Shown here one piece after another: positions 50,040-62,062 of a stretch of DNA of 64,000 nucleotides. Source of the stretch: Octopus sinensis (taxonomy: Eukaryota); NCBI RefSeq assembly GCF_006345805.1, contig NW_021832595.1, positions 1 to 64,000 of the forward strand, read 5' to 3'. A model generated the notes under the pieces. It made no database searches, had not been told where the DNA came from, and saw only the letters and a list, made by a program, of their open reading frames with translations. A program made the position numbers and the translations under genes. Position 1 is the first letter of the stretch; each line of letters begins with the position of its first letter.

Positions 50040-51300
50040 GAAATAGGTTTGACTGAAAACTGGTAAGCCAGGGGATTGCATCAGCTACCAATCTGATTTG
50101 GCAAAGATTCTACGGCTTGATGCCCTTCCTAATGCCACCCACTCTGAGAGTGTAGTGGATGTTTTTTACATGCCACTGGCACGGATGCCATTGGCCTGAC
50201 ACTGGCATTGGCCATGACTACAGTCTCACTTGTTTTGACAGGTCTGTACAAGCACGGTATCTTACCAAAGGTCTCGGTCACCTGTGACTGCTTCCATGTG
50301 ACCCAATGCTCAAACGGTGCTTTTTGTGTGCCACTGGCATCAGCCATGACTATGGTTTGACAGGTCCTCACAAGCTCAGCATATCACCCAACATCTGAAG
50401 GGTGCTTTATATGGGCCAGTTATGCTACAATGGCATTGGCCATTACTCCAATCTCACTTGGCTTGACAGGTCATCTCAAACATCACATATTGTCAAAGAT
50501 CTTCGTCACTGCCTCTGTCAGGTTCAAAGTATGAAGGTCATGCTTCACCACCTCATCCCATTTCTTCCTGGATCTACCTCTTCCACATGTTCCCTCCACT
50601 GTTAGGGTGTGACACTTCTTCATACAACTGTCCTCATCTACATGCATCACATGACCATACCAGTGCAGTCATCCCTCTTGCACACAACATCTGATGCCTC
50701 TTATCCCTAACTTTTCTTTCAAGATGCTTACACTCTGTCAAACATACACACTGACATTGCACATCCAGTGAAGCATACTGGATTCATTTCTTTCAACCCT
50801 ACATATGTCCTTGGCTCTCACAGCCCATGTTTCACTGCTATGTAGCGTAGCTGTTCGCACACAGGCATCATACAATCTTACTTTCACCTTTGGTTGCCAG
50901 CAGGGTCAGGAGCTCTCTGAATTTTGCCCTGCCATTTTTATTCTCACTGCTACACTCTCAGAGTATCCACCTCCACTGATGATTTGGTCACATAGATAAC
51001 AGAAGCTATCTACTACCTCTAGCTTAGACCTCTGGCATTTGATGGAGTCTCTTTTCTGTACATTTCTAGTGTTTATCGTACATGTGCCTACTCCACACAC
51101 ACAAACTTTTTTCCCTGTTAATCTTCCTTTGATATTGCTGCACCTTTTATGTGTCCATAGCTTACACCAGGTACATCTTACGGAGTTGCTACCTATGCCT
51201 TTTCTTCAGATTGAGCAGGGATATTTGGAGGGATTTGTGATTTGTCTGCCTTACTGCTTTCAGTTTTGCCTGGTTAACTCTAAAGCCCTTCAATTCTAGA
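50040..51300 (-). mobile_element. Degenerate RTE LINE 3' portion
   Basis: 3' UTR plus KLEVVDSFCYL.DQI.SGGG.SESV remnants. Confidence 0.8.
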
Positions 51301-51396
51301 CCTTCTTTCTATACTTAAATATATTAATTTATGATATATATTAACATATATTAGCATGTATTAAACAGAAACTTAAGAAAGCAAATATCTTTGCAG

Positions 51397-51645
51397 GTGG
51401 GTTTGAAATTCAGGCGGAATCTAACAAAATTATGAATCAAAGAAGGAGTGAACTGAAAACTGGAGAAGTAGTGTCAACTAAAGCTGGTAAACTCAAATGC
51501 AAGACTATCATTCATGCTGTTGGACCCGTTTGGAATAATGGACGAACCAATGAAATTTTTCACCTTTCAAGAGCTGTTCAAAATTGTTTGGCATTCCTTG
51601 AAGAAAAGTCTTATACATCAATTGCAATTCCTGCCATCAGTACAG
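51397..51645 (+). CDS. PARP14-like: Macro-PARP exon 5 (macrodomain core)
   Basis: Acceptor atctttgcag; donor GTAAGA at 51646; 249 nt; TKAGKLKCKTIIHAVGPVW...SIAIPAIST is a classic macrodomain signature. Confidence 0.92.
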
Positions 51646-53044
51646 GTAAGAATTTACCATTTTTATTCTGTTCAAATTATTTGGTATAGAAATAGTAATT
51701 ACACTATTTAGTGTATAGCAAGGCAACTATCCTGTCCCTCTATTCTAACCTCTCCCCTGGCACCCATCCACTTCCCTTGGTTTCACTCCCCCTCTCAACT
51801 AAAAGCCTTTGTCTTGCAAGTAACTTGGCCATCCCACAGGTGCTTTTTACGTGACACCAGCTCCTGTGACGGTGTCACATAAAAAGCACCCAGTGCATTC
51901 TCTAAAGTGGTTGGCATTCTGTAAAGGAAGGGCATCCAGCCATAGAACCTATACCAAAAGAGAAAATTGGTGCCTGGGCAGCTCTCTGGCCTTGAAAACA
52001 GATGTGAAATGATGATGATGATGATAATGACTGGTGTCCGTGTCGGTGAATGCCGCTTGACTGGCGTCCGTGTCCGTGACATGTAAAAGCACAAACTGAT
52101 CGTGGCCGTTTGCCAGCCTCCTGTAGCTCCTGTGCTGGTGGCACCTAATAAACACCCACTACACTCACAGAGTGGTTGGCGTTAGGAAGGGCATCCAGCT
52201 GTAGAAACACTGCCAAACCAGACTGGAGCATGGTGCAGCCTCCATGGCTTACCAGACCCCGGTCGAACCGTCCAACCCATGCCAGTATGGAAAACGGACG
52301 TTAATGATGATGGGGATGATGATGATATATTATTGTAGGAGATGTGGCAGCATGGTTAAAAAGCTGATGTTCCACATGATTTCTGATTCAGTTCCCTGGC
52401 AAGTCTTTTATTATAGACATGGGATGGCCAAAACCTTCTCAGTGGATTTGGTAGCCAGGAATTGAAAAGAGGCCTGTTGTGGCACAACTGACATTCTACA
52501 AGTACACTATTTGTTGTTGTTGTGTGAGTGTGTGACAGTCCCGGCACCCAAGCAGACAATTCTTGTCTGCCAACACTAACAATATGAGTGCCTTTATGAA
52601 CCATATGAGAGGTTCTCTCACAGTAAATAACATAGCATTTGGTGCTCAAACACAACATCCACATTTAGTTGGATATAAAAATTGCCTGTTGGTATTACTA
52701 TTGCTTCTGTTGCTGTTAATTACCTTTTTCATAGGCTTGCTAGCTATTTGCAAAATCAGTGCCTTAACAGATACTGAAATTCTATACATGGTCAATAGAT
52801 TTGGCTGTTATGTCTCCACTAGATGTCTTCTACTGAAGAGTCCAGGCAGGATGAAATCATGTCATCGTAGCAGATGGTTCTCGTCTGTTAAAAATATAAA
52901 TATGAGTAATTTTATGCACCCAAGGCCCTGTGGGAGGTCCTCTTGAGGTAAATAATGCAGTTCTCTCTGTTCTAACATGACCTTTATGTTAAGTTGGATA
53001 TAAAGATTGCTTTTCATATTAATACTGCTTGAGTCAACAATAAT

Positions 53045-53079
<35 letters not shown>

Positions 53080-53132
53080 ATACGTACATATATATATTTG
53101 TACATATATATATATATATATATCTGTATATA

Positions 53133-53333
53133 CAAACATAGAAGAGATACCTGAAGAATAGGATATCTGACTCGCTAGAAAGAGCAGTTAAAAACACCAA
53201 GCCACCAATTGTTGTAATTCCCAAATTATTTTTCAATCACTTTCGGAATTACAACAATTGGTGGCTTGGAGTTTTTAACTGCTCTTTCTAGCGAGTCAGA
53301 TATCCTGTTCTTTGGGTATCTCTTTTGTGTTTG
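53133..53333. repeat. Inverted repeat, 89-bp arms with a 23-nt loop
   Basis: 53133-53221 is complementary to 53245-53333 with a few mismatches. Confidence 0.9.
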
Positions 53334-53399
53334 AATGTACACTGTATTCTTCTCTGAATGATATATAGTCTATTGACTAATTTTTTCTCTCTAGTCCAT

Positions 53400-53454
53400 T
53401 GGTAACTAAGAATTTTTCGATAAATATTCTTGTTACCCTAAGTTTTTAAATATA

Positions 53455-53511
<57 letters not shown>

Positions 53512-53753
53512 ATAATATTAGGGAATAAATCCAAACTTACAGGGAAAAATGGGATTTAGGATTAAATCCAATCTTATTGTATAAATATATTATATTATAT
53601 TATATTATATTAAATTAAATTAGAGATAAAACCACTATTAGGCAAATCAAACAGTGAAAAACATAAGCCAATACATAAAATTAATTTTAAAATATAAAGT
53701 TAAAAATAAAAAATTATTTAAATAATTTAAACTTATAAATTATATATATATAT

Positions 53754-53799
<46 letters not shown>

Positions 53800-54700
53800 A
53801 TTTTTATATTTATATATTATTTTATTTCTTAATTAATTAATTAATTAATTTTTTTTATATATCAAAAGTATTAAAAGTTTAATAGAAGATAAAGAGTAAA
53901 ACACTACGATCGTTTCATGGCTGTACCAATTCGAATAACAATAATTTAAATTCAATTAATAATTCGAGTTATGGTTACAGTCAATCTTCAGGTTAATTGA
54001 AATATGTTAAAAATAATCAGAAATATTTAAACAATATTTTTAAGATATAAATAATATAATAATTTTACTTATAATAAACTCTATTATCAAACTAGAAACT
54101 TAAAACTTAACAATTATGATTATATCAAAATCAATTATAATGTTAAATATTAATTTCAATTTATAAGGTAGGAAACACACCAATAATCTAATATCGGTAA
54201 TAGTCTATATCTAATTACATAAATATTAAAAAAAACAAAAAAACTATTATATACAAATTATCAATGAAAATATATAAATGTATATAAATATTATAATTAA
54301 GATCTAAAATAATCTCTATAAATAAATATATATGTACATATAATAAAAACCTAATAAATTAATTTTTCATATTTAAAGATGAAATAGCTAATTTTAAAAA
54401 TACAAACAAACAAACTTAAACGAACTTTCAGAAATCTTATGTAAAATACTTATAGAAATAATCAATTCGTAGTTATATAGTATCGAATAAATACTATAAA
54501 TATAATTATCAATGGGAATAACTAGCGAATATCAATTTTAAAAGACAATAACTAAGTTATGCTATTAAGTTAGACAGGGCCTGGACCAATCTTTAGTCGA
54601 AACATATCTAAGTTTATCAAAGTTTATCTAATTTTAATTATAAAAAATTTAAAACTACAATTAATACTATTAATACATGTATATACAAAAGCCTAACTTT
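53400..54700. mobile_element. AT-rich Penelope-like relic
   Basis: Contains a hammerhead-like motif; composition as in the other PLE relics; no intact ORF. Confidence 0.4.
53900..53995 (-). ncRNA. Degenerate minimal hammerhead ribozyme motif
   Basis: Minus strand: CTGAAGA, long imperfect stem II (TTGACTGTAACC/GGTACAGCCAT), GAAA, palindrome ACGATCGT, GTA site; stem I only 2 bp. Confidence 0.5.
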
Positions 54701-55586
54701 AGATACCTCCACTTGCAAAGACCTGTTGAAGTAAGTGAAATCATTGTTGTGGCTGATGACAGAACCGCCTAATTGGTACCTGTGCCGGTGGAACGTTAAA
54801 AGCACCATTCGAGTGTGATCGTTGCCAGTGCTGCCTAACTGCTTCCTGTGCTGCTGGCACGTAAAAAGCACAATTCAAGCATGGTCATTGCCAGCGTCGC
54901 CTGACTGGCTCCTGTGCAGTTGGCATGTAAAAAGCACAACTTGAACATGGTCAATGCCAGTACCGCCTGACTGGCCCTTGTGCCGGTGGCATGTTAATGC
55001 ATGCACTACACTCTCGGAGTGGCTGGTGTTAGAAAGGGCATCCAGCTATAGAAACTTTGCCAGATCAGATTGGAGCTTGGTGCCAGCCAACAGTCATACC
55101 GTCCAACCCATGCCAGCATGGAAAGCAGACATTAAACCTTCATTGCACTGTCCTAACTGGCCCAAACTTCGAAGTCACTGTCAGTAATATTCCTGCCCAA
55201 ATGTAATGAATTTGTTCTCTACAAAAGGAGAGAGTAAACTATCCGATTAGTATGAAATTGTTCCTATTATAACTGAACATAGAAGCAAACATTAACTACA
55301 TATAAATATCATCATCATCATTTAATGTTCGTTGTCCATGCTGGCATGGGTTGGATGATTCGACTGGGTTGGCATGCTGGAAGGCTGCACCAGGCTCCAG
55401 TCTGATTTGGCATATTTCTCTACAGCTAGATGCCTTTCCTAATGCCAACCACTCTGAGAGCGTAATAGGTGCTTTTACGTGCCACAGGCACAGGTGCCAT
55501 TTGTATGATACTGGTATCTGCCATGACTGCAATTTTGCTAGGCATAATGGGTCTTCATCTCATAATGCCCAAGGTCTTGGTCATTG

Positions 55587-55870
55587 CCTCCATGAGGCCC
55601 AAGACTCGGAAGGAGCTTGGCCACTTTGCCTCCATGAGGTCCAGCACTCGAAAGGAACTCAAACATCTCACCTCCGTGAGGCCCAACATTCAAATGGAAC
55701 TCAGCTTCTTTGCCTCCATCAGATCCAATGCTTGAAAGGAACTAGTCACTATGCCTCCATGATGCCCAAGGTTTGAAAGGTACTCAGGTATTTTTGCCAC
55801 TGAGAGGTCTAATGCTCGAAAGGTACTCAGCCACTTTGCCTCCATGAGGCCCAACATTCAAAAGATGTTC
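55587..55870. repeat. 42-bp x7 minisatellite derived from the RTE ORF C-terminus
   Basis: Units start at 55587, 55629, 55671, 55713, 55754, 55797 and 55839; the reverse complement matches the LRALGLTEAM coding end of the RTE; a shorter version lies at about 20440-20520. Confidence 0.8.
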
Positions 55871-56372
55871 TTTAGGTGCCACCAGCATAGTTTCACTTGG
55901 CTTAATAGGTCCTCTTAAGCAGAACACATCGCCAAAGGTCTCGGTCACTTGTCTGCCTCTGTGAGGTTCAAAGGTCATGCTTCACCACCTCATCCCATTT
56001 CTTCCTGGGCCTACTGCTATCACAGGTGCCATCCACAGTTAGAGATCAGCACATCTTTACATAGCTGTCCTCATCCATATGCATCACATGACCATACCAG
56101 CATAGGTGTCTCTCTTGAACACCACTTCTAACACTTTATACATATGTGTGTGTAATCAAATGATAGTTATAAACAAGGATCACCATCTTACAAGCATTTC
56201 TGATCTTCAATGAAAACATGTGTGGCCATGGGGCAATATTAGCTTCCTTGGCAAGGGCTGGTGATAGGAATGTCAGCTACACATAGAAAATTTGCCTCAA
56301 CCAATTCCACCTGAAGCATGAAAAAAGAGACATTAAAGTTATTATTATTATCATTATTATTATTGTTATTTC

Positions 56373-56406
<34 letters not shown>

Positions 56407-56924
56407 TAACTGTACAAACAACGAAGAAAAGAAACGTGTTCAAGAAGAGAGAGAGACAAACTTAGATCTTATTAAATACTGTCGTATATTAATGAGTGTA
56501 AAGACCCCCCACCCCCGGTCATGAATGGCCATGATATTGCACCTAGAAAGTTCTCCTCTGTCTATTAAAGAATCTTCTTGTAAATGATGGAATTGTGTTG
56601 TTTCTTGGTATTGCAGCTGATAAATTACTGAAATTATATCATATGTTAATCTATATGTATAAAACAAAGTATGTCTGTGTTTGTAATATGTATGTATTTC
56701 TACAGTTTTCAACTGATTTTCACCAAACTTTACACACACATTACTTATGTGCCATGGATGTTTATGCACTATAACATTTTGTCCAGAGCTCCCACGCAAT
56801 GTGACAAACTGACCATAAAAAAGTTCTTTACATGGCTTTTTCTCTAAAAACTGCAGTTTTTAACTGATTCTCTCTCTCTATTAATCTCTTTTCCTTTTTC
56901 CCACTTTCACATATACAAATATTC

Positions 56925-57236
56925 ATTTCTTTCTTTCTCTCTCTCTATTTCTCACTCTCACTCTATTTCTCACGCTCTCTCTAACTCACTCTCTCTCTAT
57001 TTCTCACTCCCTCTCTCTCTATTTCTCACTCACTTTCTCTCTCTTTCTCACTCTCTCTCTCTTTATTTCTCACTCTCTCTTTATTTCTTACTCTCTCTCT
57101 CTATTTTTCACTATATCTCTCTATTTCTCACTCTCTATTTCTCCCTCTCTCTATATTTCTCACTCTCTCACTCTCTATTTCTCCCTCTGTCTCTCTCTCT
57201 CTATTTCTCACTCTCTCCCTCTCTATTTCTCTCTCT
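56925..57236. repeat. (CT)n / ctctctctatttctca low-complexity tract
   Basis: Direct inspection. Confidence 0.9.
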
Positions 57237-57807
57237 ATGAAAATTGGCTTCAGTGTGTTTCAGTTTTGTCGTGCGTATATATATATATATATATATATCG
57301 TTGTCTTCATGCTATCTGAATGTTCTCCCCACAACATTACTTTGCTTATTTTAAGTTTCCTGCACTCTCTCTATTTAAATGCACCATTTACATTTCTCCC
57401 TCTATCGGAAACCATTGTGTAATATTGTTTCCCTTTCATTCTTTCACTTTTGTGTGTGTGTTTGTGCATTCAATAAGGATGAAAATAGTACAGGACATTT
57501 CAAACCTTGACAATGATGATGTCACTTATACAAGTGTGTATGTATCTCTGAGTGTATGTGTGTGTGGGTGTACGAGTGTGTGTGTGTCTCTCTGACTGTG
57601 TGTGGGTTTTCACACTAGGTACATTATTAAACACATGCACATCTACACATATGCATACACATGTGATGACTGATATGCGTGAATGTATGTCTGCATGTGT
57701 CTCTCTTATTATATGTATATGTCTGTTTGTGAGAGTGTATGTGTGCGTATCGTCGCATGTGTATGTGTCTGTGAGTGCGTGTGTGTTTGCGTGCCCACTA
57801 CCTACAT

Positions 57808-58026
57808 CAGTGCTTTTCAAACTTTTTGCTGGAGCAGAACCCCAAGGAAACATTCCACTGGCTCGAGGAACCCCTGTGCAATAATTTAATAGTCTTATGC
57901 ACACATATCTGCACAAGAGACTTAAAAATTACTGCCAATTTTAGCAGTTTTGTAACTTTTTGCGGAACCCCTGGACTGTACTGGTGGAACCCTAAGGATC
58001 CGTGGAACCCTGGCTGAAAACCACTG
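57808..58026. mobile_element. hAT-family MITE (219 bp)
   Basis: TIRs CAGTGCTTTTCA / TGAAAACCACTG; 8-bp TSD ACCTACAT at 57800-57807 and 58027-58034. Confidence 0.9.
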
Positions 58027-58887
58027 ACCTACATTATTAAACAAGCTATCATCTACACAACCTCTTGACAAAAAACAATTACGTGGAAGGTCCAAATTAT
58101 ATGAAAATACATATCTACCGTTCCATTAACAGTTCATAATTATTGCAGCAGTTACAAGGGTGCAGGGTATTTGCAAATTGCTTATATTTGGTTAATTTAT
58201 ACAGTATACAAAAATATAGACATACTACATGCTTTCAAAAATAGAGATTAATGTATATTTTTTCTATGTTTATAATTTTTTGTTTAGAATATTGAAAAAA
58301 ATTATGCCACCAAAGGAAAAACATAATCTTTCCAGAAACATCTATAAAGCAAGGAGTGCAGAAAACTGAAGGCGAGAGTCTCAAGAGATAATGGACATAA
58401 GACTTTGTCAACATCAGTAAAAGCATACTGTTGTTGTTAAGCAACAAGATGGGTAAAGGTGATTAGGTGATGGTCACGGGCTTAGGGGCGGGAGACCCCA
58501 GACCTTGGGAAAAAAAAAAAAAACTTTGGTCGTCTTGTAGTTGAGGGCTCTTCGTTGACACCCGACATCACTGGGAGGTGGCCCTCGAAGTCGCTGGAAA
58601 TGGAGATCTCCAGGTCCAAATTCTTGAACGGCGTAGAAGCATGCTGCAGCATGTCAGATGTAGTCTCAATACAGAAGGGGCATGACACTTTCCAAAGAAC
58701 ACCAAACGCATGCTGCAACGCATCAAATGGAGTCTGAAGACAGAAGATGAGACTTTCTGAACATCAGCAATGGCATGCTGCAGTACATCAGATGGAGTCT
58801 CAAGAGGGAAGAAGGGACATGACACTTTCCAAAGATCACCAAACACATGCTGCAACACATCATATAGGACCTCAAGAGAGAAGGGAG

Positions 58888-61675
58888 ATGAGACTTTCTG
58901 AAGATCAACAAAGGCATTCTGCTGGACATCAGATGGAGTCTCAAGACAGAAAGGAGATGAGACTTTCTGAAGATCAGCAAAGGCATTCTGCTGGACATCA
59001 GATGGAGTCTCAAGACAGAAAGGAGATGAGACTTTCTGAAGATCAGCAAAGGCATTCTGCTGGACATCAGATGGAGTCTCAAGACAGAAAGGAGATGAGA
59101 CTTTCTGAAGATCAGCAAAGGCATTCTGCTGGACATCAGATGGAGTCTCAAGACAGAAAGGAGATGAGACTTTCTGAAGATCAGCAAAGGCATTCTGCTG
59201 GACATCAGATGGAGTCTCAAGACAGAAGGAGATGAGACTTTCTGAAGATCAGCAAAGGCATTCTGCTGGACATCAGATGGAGTCTCAAGACAGAAAGGAG
59301 ATGAGACTTTCTGAAGATCAGCAAAGGCATTCTGCTGGACATCAGATGGAGTCTCAAGACAGAAAGGAGATGAGACTTTCTGAAGATCAGCAAAGGCATT
59401 CTGCTGGACATCAGATGGAGTCTCAAGACAGAAAGGAGATGAGACTTTCTGAAGATCAGCAAAGGCATTCTGCTGGACATCAGATGGAGTCTCAAGACAG
59501 AAAGGAGATGAGACTTTCTGAAGATCAGCAAAGGCATTCTGCTGGACATCAGATGGAGTCTCAAGACAGAAAGGAGATGAGACTTTCTGAAGATCAGCAA
59601 AGGCATTCTGCTGGACATCAGATGGAGTCTCAAGACAGAAAGGAGATGAGACTTTCTGAAGATCAGCAAAGGCATTCTGCTGGACATCAGATGGAGTCTC
59701 AAGACAGAAAGGAGATGAGACTTTCTGAAGATCAACAAAGGCATTCTGCTGGACATCAGATAGAGTCTCAAGACAGAAAGGAGATGAGACTTTCTGAAGA
59801 TCAGCAAAGGCATTCTGCTGGACATCAGATGGAGTCTCAAGACAGAAGGAGATGAGACTTTCTGAAGATCAGCAAAGGCATTCTGCTGGACATCAGATGG
59901 AGTCTCAAGACAGAAAGGAGATGAGACTTTCCCAAGATCAACAAAGGCATTCTGCTGGACATCAGATGGAGTCTCAAGACAGAAAGGAGATGAGACTTTC
60001 TGAAGATCAGCAAAGGCATTCTGCTGGACATCAGATGGAGTCTCAAGACAGAAAGGAGATGAGACTTTCTGAAGATCAGCAAAGGCATTCTGCTGGACAT
60101 CAGATGGAGTCTCAAGACAGAAAGGAGATGAGACTTTCTGAAGATCAGCAAAGGCATTCTGCTGGACATCAGATGGAGTCTCAAGACAGAAAGGAGATGA
60201 GACTTTCTGAAGATCAGCAAAGGCATTCTGCTGGACATCAGATGGAGTCTCAAGACAGAAAGGAGATGAGACTTTCTGAAGATCAGCAAAGGCATTCTGC
60301 TGGACATCAGATGGAGTCTCAAGACAGAAAGGAGATGAGACTTTCTGAAGATCAGCAAAGGCATTCTGCTGGACATCAGATGGAGTCTCAAGACAGAAAG
60401 GAGATGAGACTTTCTGAAGATCAGCAAAGGCATTCTGCTGGACATCAGATGGAGTCTCAAGACAGAAAGGAGATGAGACTTTCTGAAGATCAGCAAAGGC
60501 ATTCTGCTGGACATCAGATGGAGTCTCAAGACAGAAACGAGATGAGACTTTCTGAAGATCAGCAAAGGCATTCTGCTGGACATCAGATGGAGTCTCAAGA
60601 CAGAAAGGAGATGAGACTTTCTGAAGATCAGCAAAGGCATTCTGCTGGACATCAGATGGAGTCTCAAGACAGAAAGGAGATGAGACTTTCTGAAGATCAG
60701 CAAAGGCATTCTGCTGGACATCAGATGGAGTCTCAAGACAGAAAGGAGATGAGACTTTCTGAAGATCAGCAAAGGCATTCTGCTGGACATCAGATGGAGT
60801 CTCAAGACAGAAAGGAGATGAGACTTTCTGAAGATCAGCAAAGGCATTCTGCTGGACATCAGATGGAGTCTCAAGACAGAAAGGAGATGAGACTTTCTGA
60901 AGATCAGCAAAGGCATTCTGCTGGACATCAGATGGAGTCTCAAGACAGAAAGGAGATGAGACTTTCTGAAGATCAGCAAAGGCATTCTGCTGGACATCAG
61001 ATGGAGTCTCAAGACAGAAAGGAGATGAGACTTTCTGAAGATCAGCAAAGGCATTCTGCTGGACATCAGATGGAGTCTCAAGACAGAAAGGAGATGAGAC
61101 TTTCTGAAGATCAGCAAAGGCATTCTGCTGGACATCAGATGGAGTCTCAAGACAGAAAGGAGATGAGACTTTCTGAAGATCAGCAAAGGCATTCTGCTGG
61201 ACATCAGATGGAGTCTCAAGACAGAAAGGAGATGAAACTTTCTGAAGATCAGCGAAGGCATTCTGCTGGACATCAGATGGAGTCTCAAGACAGAAAGGAG
61301 ATGAGACTTTCTGAAGATCAGCGAAGGCATTCTGCTGGACATCAGATGGAGTCTCAAGACAGAAGGAGATGAGACTTTCCCAAGATCAACAAAGGCATTC
61401 TGCTGGACATCAGATGGAGTCTCAAGACAGAAAGGAGATGAGACTTTCCCAAGATCAACAAAGGCATTCTGCTGGACATCAGATGGAGTCTCAAGACAGA
61501 AAGGAGATGAGACTTTCTGAAGATCAGCAAAGGCATTCTGCTGGACATCAGATGGAGTCTCAAGACAGAAAGGAGATGAGACTTTCTGAAGATCAGCAAA
61601 GGCATTCTGCTGGACATCAGATGGAGTCTCAAGACAGAAAGGAGATGAGACTTTCTGAAGATCAGCAAAGGCATG
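58888..61675 (+). repeat. 69-bp x40 in-frame tandem array encoding MRLSEDQQRHSAGHQMESQDRKE
   Basis: 5+9+22+4 complete units across four ORFs plus a partial unit; 3-4 diverged units upstream (about 58620-58887). Confidence 0.97.
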
Positions 61676-62062
61676 CAGCAGCAGCACTTAATGCTGAATC
61701 ATTAAAACGTTTAGCTCACCAGATTACGCAGAGGTTCAATAGAATAGCTCTCAGAATCAGGTCACATACAAATTCGCTCTTCACAACACCTGGAGATTCT
61801 TTCAGATATGATCCATCGCATTCTTATAAAAATGATAATTCTGTCCAAATCGGTGACCTTTCTTGTCATTTGTGCAAAGCTTTTACATTAACTCCACAAA
61901 TGTTTTGTCATCAATGCAGCACTTTCATGTATCACCTGTTTCATATATATACAAACTATGCCCTTTTAATCCCGAGCAACACCGGGTATCTCTGCTAGTT
62001 ATATATATTTTGAGTAAGAACATTTGTTGGATTAAATGTGTTGTATACTTTATTTATTACAG

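Larger units (their letters stand above)
56650..61998 (+). mobile_element. Helitron 5' portion with an expanded N-terminal repeat
   Basis: A|TCTATATGTATAAAACAAAGTATGTCTGTG start at 56650 and caactgattttcaccaaactt motif; after the array, SFRYDPSHSYKNDNSVQIGDLSCHLCKA resembles the Helitron RepHel N-terminal Y-D-P...V.IG.M...C..C motif; Rep/helicase absent. Confidence 0.65.

Noticed and set aside
55587-55870. Tandem hammerheads (TGAG...CTCGAAA)
   Set aside because: No CUGANGA or UH site; the unit is the reverse complement of the RTE ORF C-terminus.
58747-61998. 69-bp array as an exon of the host gene or a standalone repeat-protein gene
   Set aside because: Exons 5 and 6 join directly to complete the AIPAISTGIFG motif, and the flanking peptide looks Helitron-like.
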